DNA of 64,000 bases from Escherichia coli (GCF_003790525.1 NZ_CP033635.1), one strand, 5' to 3'; positions 42,993-54,022 are shown, numbered from the stretch's first letter. The notes: generated by a model not told the origin, from the letters alone. A program made the numbers and translations.

Positions 42993-43500
42993 ATAATATG
43001 CTCTCCATTCATTTTTTTTATGGTTCCATAGAAATCAATACATCAGATAATTCATTTTGATTAAGAACGACTCAGAAAGTATATTTAAAGGTGAATGGCA
43101 AAGCGTGATGGAGATCGCAGATTACTTTTACCCCCGGGTGTGGAGGTATCGTGTTTCAAAAAGTGTGTCGATTTTAAATATCACTCATTGATTTATAAAC
43201 ATTTTTCCTCACAAAAAGAAAATTCAATTCTGTACAAGAATATTTTGTATCTTCTATTACTTTCTCCAGTAATAACTCACCATTCAGGCATAACTTAAAC
43301 CTCTTGTTCATAATCTCAACTTTTGTAAATGAAAACGCACATAAGAGTTAAAATAAACAATGTACTAAAGATTGATTACGCAAAAATGCGAGGCGTCTTC
43401 AGGATTAGAATCGATAAAACAGAATGGGTTAAAGAGAGCGATATAATAGCGGCGGGTGCTTGAGGCTGTCTGTCTCAGGCATTAGCTGAACGGCAGATAG

Positions 43501-43555
43501 AGAAAAGCCCCGAGTGATATTTTACCATCAACCCGAGGCCCCCTATATGCAGAAC
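43501..43555 (-). ncRNA. sokC: sokC antisense RNA (position inferred from K-12 hokC/sokC geometry)
   Basis: Placed by conserved offset relative to the mokC start; antisense to the mokC 5' region; boundaries approximate. Confidence 0.35.
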
Positions 43556-43756
43556 ACATGTAGAGTGCCTCTTACTGACCGTAAGGTCAAGGAGAAGAGA
43601 GCAATGAAGCAGCATAAGGCGATGATTGTCGCCCTGATCGTCATCTGTATCACCGCCGTAGTGGCGGCGCTGGTAACGAGAAAAGACCTCTGTGAGGTTC
43701 ACATCCGAACTGGCCAGACGGAGGTTGCTGTTTTCACGGCTTACGAATCCGAGTAA
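43547..43756 (+). CDS. mokC: MokC, overlapping regulatory reading frame of the hokC toxin locus
   Basis: 69-codon frame MQNTCRVPLTDRKVKEKRA-MKQHKA... co-terminal with hokC. Confidence 0.65.
   Translation: MQNTCRVPLTDRKVKEKRAMKQHKAMIVALIVICITAVVAALVTRKDLCEVHIRTGQTEVAVFTAYESE
43604..43756 (+). CDS. hokC: Type I toxin HokC (Gef)
   Basis: 50 aa MKQHKAMIVALIVICITAVVAALVTRKDLCEVHIRTGQTEVAVFTAYESE recognised as Hok/Gef family toxin. Confidence 0.9.
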   Translation: MKQHKAMIVALIVICITAVVAALVTRKDLCEVHIRTGQTEVAVFTAYESE

Positions 43757-43830
43757 GAGCAACGGCGGGGAGTGATCCCCGCCACTTTACAGGTGCTCGC
43801 ATATCTTCAACGCACCCTATTTTTACCCTG

Positions 43831-43856
43831 GCCTGCCCACGGGCAGGCTTTTGGGG
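43831..43856 (+). terminator. Stem-loop plus T-run at 3' end of hokC transcript
   Basis: gcctgcccacgggcaggc followed by ttttgggg, 75 nt after hokC stop; IS186 that follows hokC in K-12 is absent here. Confidence 0.45.
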
Positions 43857-43859
43857 AGG

Positions 43860-44990
43860 TTAGCGAGTCAGGTCGTCAAAAAACTTCTTCACACCATCAA
43901 AGAAGCTCTTTGAACGCGGGCTGTTGTGCTCGCCGGTTGGGCCACCGAAGCTTTCCTGCAGCTCTTGCAGCAGCTGTTTCTGCTTCTCGTTCAGACCTAC
44001 CGGTGTTTCGACGACAACGCGGCACAGCAAGTCCCCTTGCGCACCGCCGCGAACAGACTTGACGCCTTTACCACGCATACGGAACAGCTTACCGGTCTGG
44101 GTTTCGCCAGGCACTTTCAGTTTGACGCGACCATCAAGGGTCGGTACTTCGATTTCGCCACCCAGCGCTGCCATCGCGAAGTTGATCGGGACTTCGCAAT
44201 ACAGGTTGTTACCTTCACGCTCGAAAATCGGGTGCTGTTTAACCTGAACCTGAACGTACAGATCGCCTGCCGGTGCGCCATGCTCGCCCGCTTCACCTTC
44301 GCCCGCAAGACGGATGCGGTCTCCAGTGTCCACCCCTGCCGGGATTTTAACGGACAGCGTTTTGCTGCGCTCAACACGACCATGACCATGACATTTGTTG
44401 CACGGATCTTTGATCAGCGTACCGCGGCCCTGACAGTGTGGACAGGTCTGCTGTACAGCGAAGAAGCCCTGGCGCATCTGCACCTGACCAGAACCATGAC
44501 AGGTCGGACAGGTCTGCGGCTGTGTACCTGGTTTTGCACCGCTACCGTGGCAAACGTCACACTCTTCCAGAGTCGGAATGCGGATCTCTTTGGTCACGCC
44601 ACGTACAGCTTCTTCGAGGGTGAGCTCCATGTTATAGCGTAAATCAGCACCGCGCGCCGCACGTTGACGACCACGTCCGCCGCCAAAAATATCGCCGAAA
44701 ACGTCACCAAAAATATCGCTGAAGTCTGCGCCGCCGCCAAAACCGCCGCCGCCCATGCCGCCTTGCTCAAACGCAGCATGACCATACTGATCGTATGCCG
44801 CACGTTTTTGCGAGTCGGTCAGAACTTCATAAGCTTCCTTGATCTCTTTAAATTTCGCCTCGGCCTCTTTGTCACCCTGGTTACGGTCCGGGTGGTATTT
44901 CATGGCCAGGCGTTTGTAGGCCTTTTTGATTTCACGCTCTTCCGCTGTTTTGGAAACGCCTAAAATCTCGTAATAATCTTGCTTAGCCAT
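43860..44990 (-). CDS. dnaJ: Chaperone DnaJ (Hsp40)
   Basis: Track ORF trimmed to [40 protein letters not shown]...; J-domain HPD, Gly-rich linker, four CxxCxGxG zinc motifs. Confidence 0.97.
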
Positions 44991-45078
44991 CTTTTTTAAA
45001 TTGCCCCTAGATGAATGCACGGGCGGAGAGGAAATTCCCCTTCGCCCGTGTCAGTATAATTACCCGTTTATAGGGCGA

Positions 45079-46995
45079 TTATTTTTTGTCTTTGACTTCT
45101 TCAAATTCAGCGTCGACAACATCGTCATCTTTCGCGTTGTTTGCAGAAGCATCAGCACCGGCAGTCTGCTGCTGGGCATGTTGCTGCTGGGCGATTTCCA
45201 TCAGTTTCTGGGAAACCTGTGCCAGTTCCTGCATTTTCGCTTCGATAGCGGCTTTGTCTTCACCTTTCAGAGCAGTTTCCAGTGCAGTCAGTGCAGACTC
45301 GATAGCAGTTTTGTCGTCAGCCGGCAGTTTGTCGCCTGCTTCTTCAACCTGCTTACGGGTGCTGTGCAGCAGATGGTCGCCCTGGTTGCGAGTCTGTACC
45401 AGCTCTTCAAACTTACGGTCAGCTTCGGCGTTAGCTTCTGCGTCGCGTACCATTTTCTGGATTTCATCTTCGTTCAGACCAGAAGAAGCCTTGATGGTGA
45501 TCTTCTGCTCTTTACCGCTGTTTTTATCTTTCGCGGAAACGTGCAGGATACCGTCAGCATCGATATCGAAGGTAACTTCGATCTGCGGCATGCCGCGCGG
45601 TGCCGGGTTGATACCATCCAGGTTGAACTGACCCAGAGATTTGTTATCAGCCGCACGTTTACGTTCACCCTGCAGCACGTGGATGGTTACCGCAGACTGG
45701 TTGTCTTCAGCGGTAGAGAACACCTGGCTGTGCTTGGTCGGGATAGTGGTGTTTTTCGCGATCAGCGTCGTCATCACACCGCCCATGGTTTCGATACCCA
45801 GAGACAGCGGGGTAACGTCCAGCAGCAGTACGTCTTTCACGTCACCAGTCAGAACACCACCCTGAACAGCAGCACCGATTGCTACAGCTTCGTCCGGGTT
45901 AACGTCTTTACGCGGCTCTTTACCAAAGAATTCAGCAACTTTCTTCTGAACCATTGGCATACGAGTCTGACCACCAACGAGGATAACGTCGTCGATATCA
46001 GATACGGACAGGCCAGCGTCCTGCAGTGCAACTTTCAGCGGCTCAATGGAACGGTTTACCAGATCTTCAACCAGGCTTTCCAGTTTCGCACGAGTCACTT
46101 TGATGTTCATGTGTTTCGGACCGGTCGCGTCTGCAGTGATGTACGGCAGGTTAACGTCGGTCTGCTGAGCGGAAGACAGTTCGATTTTCGCTTTTTCTGC
46201 CGCTTCTTTCAGGCGCTGCATTGCCAGCGGATCGTTGCGCAGGTCAATGCCCTGATCTTTCTTGAATTCTTCAACCAGGTAGTTGATCAGACGGCTGTCG
46301 AAGTCTTCACCCCCCAGGTGGGTATCACCGTTGGTTGCCAGAACTTCGAAGGTTTTTTCGCCGTCAACTTCGTCGATTTCGATAATAGAAATATCGAAAG
46401 TACCACCACCCAGGTCATAAACCGCGATAGTACGGTTGCCAGTACCTTTGTCCAGACCGTAAGCCAGCGCAGCTGCGGTCGGTTCGTTGATGATACGTTT
46501 TACTTCCAGACCAGCGATACGGCCTGCGTCTTTGGTTGCCTGACGCTGAGCATCGTTAAAGTATGCCGGTACGGTGATAACAGCTTCAGTTACCGGTTCA
46601 CCCAGGTAATCTTCAGCGGTTTTCTTCATTTTTTTCAGCACTTCAGCAGAGATCTGCGGCGGTGCCATTTTCTGGCCTTTAACTTCGACCCATGCGTCGC
46701 CGTTATCAGCAGCAATAATTTTGAACGGCATGATGGAAACATCACGCTGTACTTCTTCGTCCTGGAAGCGGCGGCCAATCAGGCGTTTAATCGCAAACAG
46801 GGTGTTTTGCGGGTTCGTCACTGCCTGACGTTTAGCCGGCTGACCAACCAGAGTTTCACCATCCTGGGTATAGGCAATGATAGAAGGCGTGGTGCGATCG
46901 CCTTCGGCGTTCTCCAGTACACGAGGAGTGGTGCCATCCATAATCGCTACACAAGAGTTGGTAGTACCCAGGTCGATACCAATTATTTTACCCAT
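45079..46995 (-). CDS. dnaK: Chaperone DnaK (Hsp70)
   Basis: 638 aa [65 protein letters not shown]... Confidence 0.98.
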
Positions 46996-47042
46996 CTAAA
47001 CGTCTCCACTATATATTCGGTCATCATGTGGTTGTGAGTCTG

Positions 47043-47145
47043 TAATAGGGGCGAAACGTCTGGTTTCAACTGCCCAATTTCATTTTTTTGCAGACTCACT
47101 CACTGCGGTTGACTACTAAATGGGGTCGTAACCCACGTCATCAAG
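47043..47145 (-). promoter_or_regulatory. dnaK heat-shock (sigma-32) promoters P1 and P2
   Basis: Reverse strand reads CTTGATG-(14)-CCCCATTTA (P1, 47117-47145) and TTGAAAC-(11)-CCCCTATTA (P2, 47043-47069), matching sigma-32 -35 CTTGAA / -10 CCCCATnT and my recollection of the published dnaK promoters. Confidence 0.7.
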
Positions 47146-47370
47146 GGGGAGATGCAAAAATTTTTTGTGCTTTTGCGCAGAAATTTCGCGATATGGCAGG
47201 ACAAGACATGAAACTGACCGCAATTTTATTCATATAGAGAATGAATGACAGCCAAGACATTCATAGAAAAATTGTAATAAAAAGAAAATATTACGTACCT
47301 GAATCTTCTCTTTATCAGCAGTAAACTAGTGGGTATTCATCCCCTACCTCTCCCTACTAAGAGAATCCTT

Positions 47371-47775
47371 ATGAAATCCGTTTTTACGCTTTCCGCCAGC
47401 CTGGCGATTAGCCTGCTGCTGTGCTGCACGGCGCAGGCAAACGACCATAAAATCCTCGGCGTCATTGCAATGCCGCGAAACGAAACCAACGATCTGGCGC
47501 TGAAACTTCCTGTTTGTCGCATTGTTAAACGCATTCAACTCACTGCCGACCATGGCGATTTACAGTTAAGTGGTGCATCGGTTTATTTCAAAGCCGCCCG
47601 TAGCGCCAGTCAGAGCCTGAATATTCCTTCAGAAATAAAAGAAGGGCAAACCACTGACTGGATCAACATTAACAGCGATAACGACAATAAACGCTGCGTC
47701 TCAAAAATCACCTTTTCCGGCCATACGGTGAACTCATCGGATATGGCCACGCTGAAAATTATCGGCGACGACTAA
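47371..47775 (+). CDS. yaaI: DUF2541-family secreted protein YaaI
   Basis: Track ORF trimmed to [23 protein letters not shown] (signal peptide); 134 aa; conserved position. Confidence 0.8.
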   Translation: MKSVFTLSASLAISLLLCCTAQANDHKILGVIAMPRNETNDLALKLPVCRIVKRIQLTADHGDLQLSGASVYFKAARSASQSLNIPSEIKEGQTTDWININSDNDNKRCVSKITFSGHTVNSSDMATLKIIGDD

Positions 47776-47799
47776 CGCCAGAATATAGAAGCAAAAAAA

Positions 47800-48513
47800 A
47801 TGAATGTTAATTACCTGAATGATTCAGATCTGGATTTTCTCCAGCATTGTAGTGAGGAACAATTGGCAAATTTCGCCCGGCTGCTCACCCATAATGAAAA
47901 AGGCAAAACTCGCCTCTCCAGCGTACTGATGCGCAACGAACTGTTTAAATCGATGGAAGGACATCCCGAGCAACACCGCCGCAACTGGCAGCTGATTGCC
48001 GGAGAATTACAACATTTTGGTGGCGATAGTATCGCCAACAAACTGCGCGGACACGGTAAATTGTATCGGGCCATTTTGCTCGATGTTTCAAAACGATTGA
48101 AGCTGAAAGCCGACAAAGAGATGTCTACGTTTGAAATTGAGCAACAGTTACTGGAACAATTTCTGCGTAATACCTGGAAGAAAATGGACGAGGAACATAA
48201 GCAGGAGTTTCTGCACGCGGTCGATGCCAGGGTGAATGAGCTGGAAGAGCTGCTGCCGCTGCTGATGAAAGACAAATTATTGGCAAAAGGCGTGTCGCAT
48301 TTGCTTTCCAGCCAATTGACCCGCATTTTACGCACCCACGCAGCAATGAGCGTACTTGGGCATGGTTTGCTGCGCGGCGCGGGGCTGGGAGGCCCTGTAG
48401 GCGCGGCACTAAATGGGGTTAAAGCGGTCAGCGGCAGCGCCTATCGCGTGACGATTCCAGCCGTACTGCAAATCGCCTGCCTGCGCCGGATGGTTAGTGC
48501 CACTCAGGTCTGA
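47800..48513 (+). CDS. yaaW: UPF0174-family protein YaaW
   Basis: 237 aa MNVNYLNDSDLDFLQHCSEEQLANFARLLTHNEKGK...; conserved position. Confidence 0.8.
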   Translation: MNVNYLNDSDLDFLQHCSEEQLANFARLLTHNEKGKTRLSSVLMRNELFKSMEGHPEQHRRNWQLIAGELQHFGGDSIANKLRGHGKLYRAILLDVSKRLKLKADKEMSTFEIEQQLLEQFLRNTWKKMDEEHKQEFLHAVDARVNELEELLPLLMKDKLLAKGVSHLLSSQLTRILRTHAAMSVLGHGLLRGAGLGGPVGAALNGVKAVSGSAYRVTIPAVLQIACLRRMVSATQV

Positions 48514-48661
48514 TACCGGAAACCGGGGAAAATTTTCATTTTCCCTTCAAAAGATCGTAGACACTGCCCCACTGGCTGATTATTATGCCGCGCCCTGAAA
48601 ACACTACAGTTATTCAGGGAAATTATTTCACCATTCATTCGATGATGATTTTTGAGGAATT

Positions 48662-49228
48662 ATGGGCAACACTAAGTTGGCTAATCCGGCACCGCTGGGC
48701 CTGATGGGCTTCGGCATGACCACCATTCTGCTTAACCTGCACAACGTGGGTTATTTCGCTCTTGACGGTATTATTCTTGCAATGGGCATTTTCTACGGCG
48801 GCATCGCGCAAATTTTTGCTGGTCTGCTGGAGTACAAAAAAGGCAACACTTTCGGTTTAACCGCATTCACCTCTTACGGTTCTTTCTGGCTGACGCTGGT
48901 TGCGATTCTGCTGATGCCGAAACTGGGTCTGACCGATGCGCCAAATGCACAGTTCCTTGGTGTCTACCTGGGTCTGTGGGGCGTATTTACGCTGTTTATG
49001 TTCTTCGGCACGCTGAAAGGCGCACGCGTTCTGCAATTCGTTTTCTTTAGCCTGACCGTGCTGTTTGCCCTGCTGGCGATCGGTAACATTGTCGGTAATG
49101 CCGCGATCATCCACTTTGCCGGCTGGATTGGTCTGATCTGCGGTGCCAGCGCAATCTATCTGGCGATGGGTGAAGTGCTGAACGAGCAGTTTGGTCGCAC
49201 CGTTCTGCCGATTGGTGAATCGCACTAA
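48662..49228 (+). CDS. satP: Succinate-acetate/proton symporter SatP (YaaH)
   Basis: 188 aa six-TM protein with NPAPLGL motif (GPR1/FUN34/YaaH family). Confidence 0.9.
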   Translation: MGNTKLANPAPLGLMGFGMTTILLNLHNVGYFALDGIILAMGIFYGGIAQIFAGLLEYKKGNTFGLTAFTSYGSFWLTLVAILLMPKLGLTDAPNAQFLGVYLGLWGVFTLFMFFGTLKGARVLQFVFFSLTVLFALLAIGNIVGNAAIIHFAGWIGLICGASAIYLAMGEVLNEQFGRTVLPIGESH

Positions 49229-49238
49229 TTGTTTTGAG

Positions 49239-49268
49239 ATCCCCCCGCCCGGGGGGATTTTTTTATTC
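49239..49268. terminator. Bidirectional Rho-independent terminator (satP / mog)
   Basis: tccccccgcccggggggatttttttatt: perfect GC hairpin with flanking T-run, between convergent genes. Confidence 0.7.
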
Positions 49269-49850
49269 GCTAACTTCGCGTCTTGCACTCTTCGGTCTGA
49301 ATGCAGCAACCACTTCCGGTGCCGTTTCAACGTATGGCCCTTCCAGCAACTGAATGCAGTACGGTACGCTGGCAAAAATACCGTGCACCACAACGTTACC
49401 CTCAGCGTCCTTTACACCTTCCAGCGTCTCTTTAATCGACTTCGGCTGACCGGGTAAGTTAAGGATCAGCGCCTGTTTGCGAATCACACCCACCTGACGA
49501 GAAAGGATCGCAGTTGGTACAAAATGCAGGCTGATCTGGCGCATCTGTTCACCAAAGCCTGGCATCTCGCGGTCCGCTACTGCCAGCGTCGCATCGGGCG
49601 TTACGTCACGACGCGCCGGGCCAGTTCCGCCCGTGGTGAGCACCAGATGGCAACTCATTTCATCCACCAGCTCACACAACGTTTGCTCGATGATCGCCTG
49701 CTCATCGGGGATTAAGCGGGTTTCCAGTTCAAACGGCGTGGTTAGCGCCGATGTCAGCCATTCTTCCAGCGCAGGGATGCCTTTATCCTGATAAACGCCG
49801 CTGGATGCGCGATCAGAGATGGAAACTAAGCCAATACGTAAAGTATTCAT
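49263..49850 (-). CDS. mog: Molybdopterin adenylyltransferase MogA
   Basis: Track ORF trimmed by one codon to MNTLRIGLVSISDRASSGVYQDKGIPALEEWL..., 195 aa. Confidence 0.9.
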   Translation of the reverse strand: MNTLRIGLVSISDRASSGVYQDKGIPALEEWLTSALTTPFELETRLIPDEQAIIEQTLCELVDEMSCHLVLTTGGTGPARRDVTPDATLAVADREMPGFGEQMRQISLHFVPTAILSRQVGVIRKQALILNLPGQPKSIKETLEGVKDAEGNVVVHGIFASVPYCIQLLEGPYVETAPEVVAAFRPKSARREVSE

Positions 49851-49964
49851 CAAGATTTTTCCGTTTAAACAGTCTCGTTAAACAGAATGATACACTGCGA
49901 AGGGAGTGACAGACAGGCTTCAGAAGAGGTAGCGTGACCGACTTCCCGGTCACGCTAAGAATGA

Positions 49965-50918
49965 TTACAGCAGATCGCCGATCATTTTTTCCAGTTTTTC
50001 CTGGTCAACAGCAAACTTACGGATACCTTCCGCCAGTTTATCTACTGCCATTGGATCCTGGTTGTGCTGCCACAGGAACTCGGACTCAGTGATACGCGCC
50101 GGACGCGCTTTCACTTCGCCGGTGTAAGACAGTTTACGTTCGATAGCCCCTTCGCTCTCCGCCAGCTCTTTCAGCAGTGCCGGTGCGATGGTCAGACGGT
50201 CGCAGCCTGCCAGTTCCAGAATTTCGCCGATGTTACGGAAGCTTGCGCCCATAACCACGGTTTCATAACCGTGCTCTTTGTAGTACTGGTAGATTTCAGA
50301 TACAGAAACCACGCCCGGATCTTCTGCCGGAGCGTACTCTTTCTTATCGGTATTCGCTTTGTACCAGTCAAGAATACGGCCAACAAACGGCGAGATCAGG
50401 AACACGCCCGCTTCCGCACAAGCACGAGCCTGAGCAAAGGAGAACAGCAGGGTCAGGTTACAGTTGATGCCTTCTTTTTCCAGCTGTTCCGCAGCACGGA
50501 TACCCTGCCAGGTAGAAGCCAGTTTGATCAGAATACGATCGTTGCTAATCCCTGCATCGTTGTAGAGTTTGATCAGGCGTTTTGCTTTCGCAATTGACGC
50601 TTCGGTGTCATAGGAAAGACGCGCATCAACTTCAGTTGAGATACGGCCCGGAACCAGTTTCAGGATTTCCAGACCAATATTTACTGCCAGTTTGTCGGTC
50701 GCGTCCACGATCTGCTGCGCGCGATCGTTGCTCTGCTGTTTCGCCCAGGCGACAGCATCATCAATCAACTTACGGTATTCCGGAATCTGCGCTGCGTTAA
50801 GAATGAGAGAAGGGTTGGTTGTGGCATCCTGCGGTTGATACAGCTTCATTGCCGCGATGTCCCCAGTGTCGGCCACTACGGTGGTGTACTGACGAAGGGA
50901 GGTCAATTTGTCCGTCAT
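49965..50918 (-). CDS. talB: Transaldolase B
   Basis: Track ORF trimmed to [44 protein letters not shown]..., 317 aa. Confidence 0.97.
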
Positions 50919-51196
50919 GATAGTATTTCTCTTTAAACAGCTTGTTAGGGGGATGTAACCGGTCTGCCCTGATGATATCACGACGCAACGTCAGCGCAAC
51001 CGCCGACAAGACGGTTATCGCCAGGCGAGACTGTTTCGGATTTCTGACACTGCGTTGATATCGCCCGCCATTTTTATACAAAACCTCATGTATGCTACGC
51101 AGAAGTTATCAAGTACCTCGTAGCGTATATACTTCTTAAACAATTGGTAACGTTTACACAGGAAAGTCATCGCGACCGGCAATAAGAGGGATATGC

Positions 51197-52627
51197 ATGC
51201 CAGATTTTTTCTCCTTTATTAACAGCGTCCTTTGGGGATCGGTAATGATTTACCTGCTCTTCGGCGCAGGTTGTTGGTTCACTTTTCGCACCGGATTTGT
51301 GCAGTTTCGCTACATCCGCCAGTTTGGCAAAAGTCTTAAAAATAGCATTCATCCACAGCCAGGCGGTTTAACCTCATTTCAGTCATTGTGTACCAGTCTT
51401 GCGGCGCGCGTGGGTAGCGGCAACCTGGCTGGCGTTGCGCTGGCTATTACCGCCGGTGGACCAGGTGCCGTCTTCTGGATGTGGGTTGCCGCGTTTATCG
51501 GCATGGCGACCTCGTTTGCCGAATGTTCCCTTGCACAACTTTATAAAGAACGTGACGTTAATGGGCAGTTTCGTGGCGGACCGGCATGGTATATGGCGCG
51601 CGGGCTGGGGATGCGCTGGATGGGCGTTCTGTTCGCCCTCTTTTTGCTCATCGCCTACGGCATAATTTTCAGCGGAGTTCAGGCGAACGCCGTTGCCCGA
51701 GCCCTGAGTTTTTCTTTTGATTTTCCTCCGCTGGTGACAGGCATTATTCTCGCTGTCTTTGCTCTGCTGGCAATCACTCGCGGTCTTCATGGCGTCGCCC
51801 GGCTCATGCAGGGGTTTGTCCCGTTGATGGCGATAATCTGGGTACTGACCAGCCTGGTAATTTGCGTAATGAATATCGGGCAACTTCCCCACGTCATTTG
51901 GTCTATTTTTGAGAGTGCTTTTGGCTGGCAGGAAGCGGCAGGCGGCGCGGCGGGATATACCTTAAGCCAGGCGATTACTAACGGTTTTCAGCGCAGTATG
52001 TTTTCCAATGAGGCGGGAATGGGGTCGACGCCAAACGCGGCAGCGGCAGCGGCGTCCTGGCCTCCGCATCCCGCAGCGCAAGGAATTGTCCAGATGATTG
52101 GCATTTTTATCGACACCCTGGTCATCTGTACGGCAAGCGCCATGCTGATATTACTGGCGGGTAACGGCACAACCTACATGCCGCTGGAAGGTATTCAGCT
52201 TATCCAGAAGGCGATGCGGGTGTTAATGGGTTCCTGGGGTGCTGAGTTTGTTACCCTCGTGGTTATTCTGTTTGCCTTCAGCTCCATCGTTGCCAACTAC
52301 ATTTATGCCGAAAACAATCTCTTCTTTTTACGCCTGAACAACCCTAAAGCGATCTGGTGTCTGCGGATCTGCACCTTCGCAACGGTCATCGGCGGCACCT
52401 TGCTAAGTCTTCCGCTGATGTGGCAACTGGCAGATATCATAATGGCCTGCATGGCTATTACCAATTTGACCGCCATATTACTGCTCTCGCCTGTGGTTCA
52501 TACCATTGCCAGTGATTATCTACGCCAGCGTAAACTCGGCGTGCGCCCGGTGTTTGATCCGTTGCGTTATCCGGAGATCGGTCGCCAGCTTTCTCCAGAC
52601 GCGTGGGATGACGTTTCGCAGGAGTAA
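51197..52627 (+). CDS. yaaJ: Alanine/glycine:cation symporter (AGCS family) YaaJ
   Basis: 476 aa multi-pass membrane protein with AGCS-like sequence. Confidence 0.9.
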   Translation: MPDFFSFINSVLWGSVMIYLLFGAGCWFTFRTGFVQFRYIRQFGKSLKNSIHPQPGGLTSFQSLCTSLAARVGSGNLAGVALAITAGGPGAVFWMWVAAFIGMATSFAECSLAQLYKERDVNGQFRGGPAWYMARGLGMRWMGVLFALFLLIAYGIIFSGVQANAVARALSFSFDFPPLVTGIILAVFALLAITRGLHGVARLMQGFVPLMAIIWVLTSLVICVMNIGQLPHVIWSIFESAFGWQEAAGGAAGYTLSQAITNGFQRSMFSNEAGMGSTPNAAAAAASWPPHPAAQGIVQMIGIFIDTLVICTASAMLILLAGNGTTYMPLEGIQLIQKAMRVLMGSWGAEFVTLVVILFAFSSIVANYIYAENNLFFLRLNNPKAIWCLRICTFATVIGGTLLSLPLMWQLADIIMACMAITNLTAILLLSPVVHTIASDYLRQRKLGVRPVFDPLRYPEIGRQLSPDAWDDVSQE

Positions 52628-52696
52628 TCACAACTATCGATCAACTCATTCTCTTTTTTTGCTAAAGTCGGCATAAATTTCCTGCAAGGACTGGAT

Positions 52697-53473
52697 ATGC
52701 TGATTCTTATTTCACCTGCGAAAACGCTTGATTACCAAAGCCCGTTGCCCACCACGCGCTATACGCTGCCGGAGCTGTTAGACAACTCCCAGCAGCTGAT
52801 CCATGAAGCGCGGAAACTGACGCCCCCGCAGATTAGCTCCCTGATGCGCATCAGCGACAAACTGGCGGGTATCAACGCCGCTCGCTTTCATGACTGGCAG
52901 CCAGATTTCACGTCGGAGAATGCCCGCCAGGCGATTCTGGCATTTAAAGGTGATGTCTACACCGGCTTGCAGGCCGAAACCTTCAGCGAAGACGATTTCG
53001 ATTTTGCCCAACAGCATTTGCGAATGCTTTCCGGCTTGTATGGCGTACTGCGCCCGCTCGATTTAATGCAGCCTTATCGTCTGGAAATGGGGATACGTCT
53101 TGAGAATGCCCGAGGGAAAGATCTGTATCAATTCTGGGGAGATATCATCACCAACAAGCTGAACGAGGCGCTCGCAGCACAAGGCGATAATGTGGTGATA
53201 AATCTGGCGTCAGATGAGTATTTTAAATCGGTGAAGCCGAAGAAATTGAATGCCGAGATTATCAAGCCAGTGTTCCTCGATGAGAAGAACGGCAAATTTA
53301 AGATAATCAGCTTCTACGCTAAGAAAGCACGCGGTCTGATGAGTCGTTTCATTATTGAAAATCGGCTGACCAAACCAGAGCAACTGACTGGTTTTAATAG
53401 CGAAGGTTACTTCTTTGATGAAGCTTCCTCCAGCAATGGCGAACTGGTGTTTAAACGCTACGAGCAGCGTTAA
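52697..53473 (+). CDS. yaaA: Peroxide stress resistance protein YaaA (UPF0246)
   Basis: 258 aa [28 protein letters not shown]... Confidence 0.9.
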   Translation: MLILISPAKTLDYQSPLPTTRYTLPELLDNSQQLIHEARKLTPPQISSLMRISDKLAGINAARFHDWQPDFTSENARQAILAFKGDVYTGLQAETFSEDDFDFAQQHLRMLSGLYGVLRPLDLMQPYRLEMGIRLENARGKDLYQFWGDIITNKLNEALAAQGDNVVINLASDEYFKSVKPKKLNAEIIKPVFLDEKNGKFKIISFYAKKARGLMSRFIIENRLTKPEQLTGFNSEGYFFDEASSSNGELVFKRYEQR

Positions 53474-53512
53474 GTTTGCAGTAAATGCCGGATGGCAATC
53501 CGGCATTGATAT

Positions 53513-53809
53513 TTAGCGATGATGTTTGTCAGGCCCCGGACGATGATCGCCACGATGATCATTGTGCTTGTTATGGCGCGGCGATGGCGGCGGTCCGTGT
53601 GGGTGCCAGCGATTGCCTCGCCATTCATAATGTTGTTTCCACCAGCCGTGGTCGCGCCAGTGACCGCCATCCCAGTAATAGCCACGATTATCACGATCGC
53701 CTATCTGTAATTTTACTGACGGGACTAACGTAATTTCCGCAGCCTGTGCTGCCATGGGAGCGACCAGAACCAGGGAAAGTGCGAGTACGATAGATTGCAT
53801 CTTTTTCAC
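53513..53809 (-). CDS. yaaX: DUF2502-family secreted His/Trp/Arg-rich small protein YaaX
   Basis: 98 aa with signal peptide [23 protein letters not shown] and [22 protein letters not shown] repeats; conserved position next to thrC. Confidence 0.7.
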   Translation of the reverse strand: MKKMQSIVLALSLVLVAPMAAQAAEITLVPSVKLQIGDRDNRGYYWDGGHWRDHGWWKQHYEWRGNRWHPHGPPPSPRHNKHNDHRGDHRPGPDKHHR

Positions 53810-54022
53810 AGGTTACTCCTTTTATCATTGCCCGTTATGGGTCGATATCCGGAGATTACGCGATGAGAACGGCAGTTGTTATTCTCCGCAATCCTAATCT
53901 CTAAGTTACCGCATTTATTGAGAATTTCTCCTTTTTCCCTGTCGTTTTTCTCCATATTTTCTTCATAAAAAAGCCGGGCTGCATAAAAGCAAACCCGGCC
54001 TGATTGAGATAATGAATAGATG

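Noticed and set aside
43095-43298. 67-aa ORF upstream of the Tsx-like gene
   Set aside because: Located in the AT-rich promoter region of the island on the opposite strand; low-complexity, no RBS.
45001-47037. 678-aa ORF on the plus strand
   Set aside because: Lies entirely antisense to dnaK, whose identity is unambiguous; low-complexity S/A/C-rich translation typical of a mirror frame of a highly expressed gene.
53470-53733. Three overlapping small ORFs (53470-53694 minus, 53485-53733 plus, 53519-53710 plus)
   Set aside because: All overlap yaaX in alternative frames or antisense; translations are low-complexity His/Arg/Ile runs generated by the yaaX repeat.
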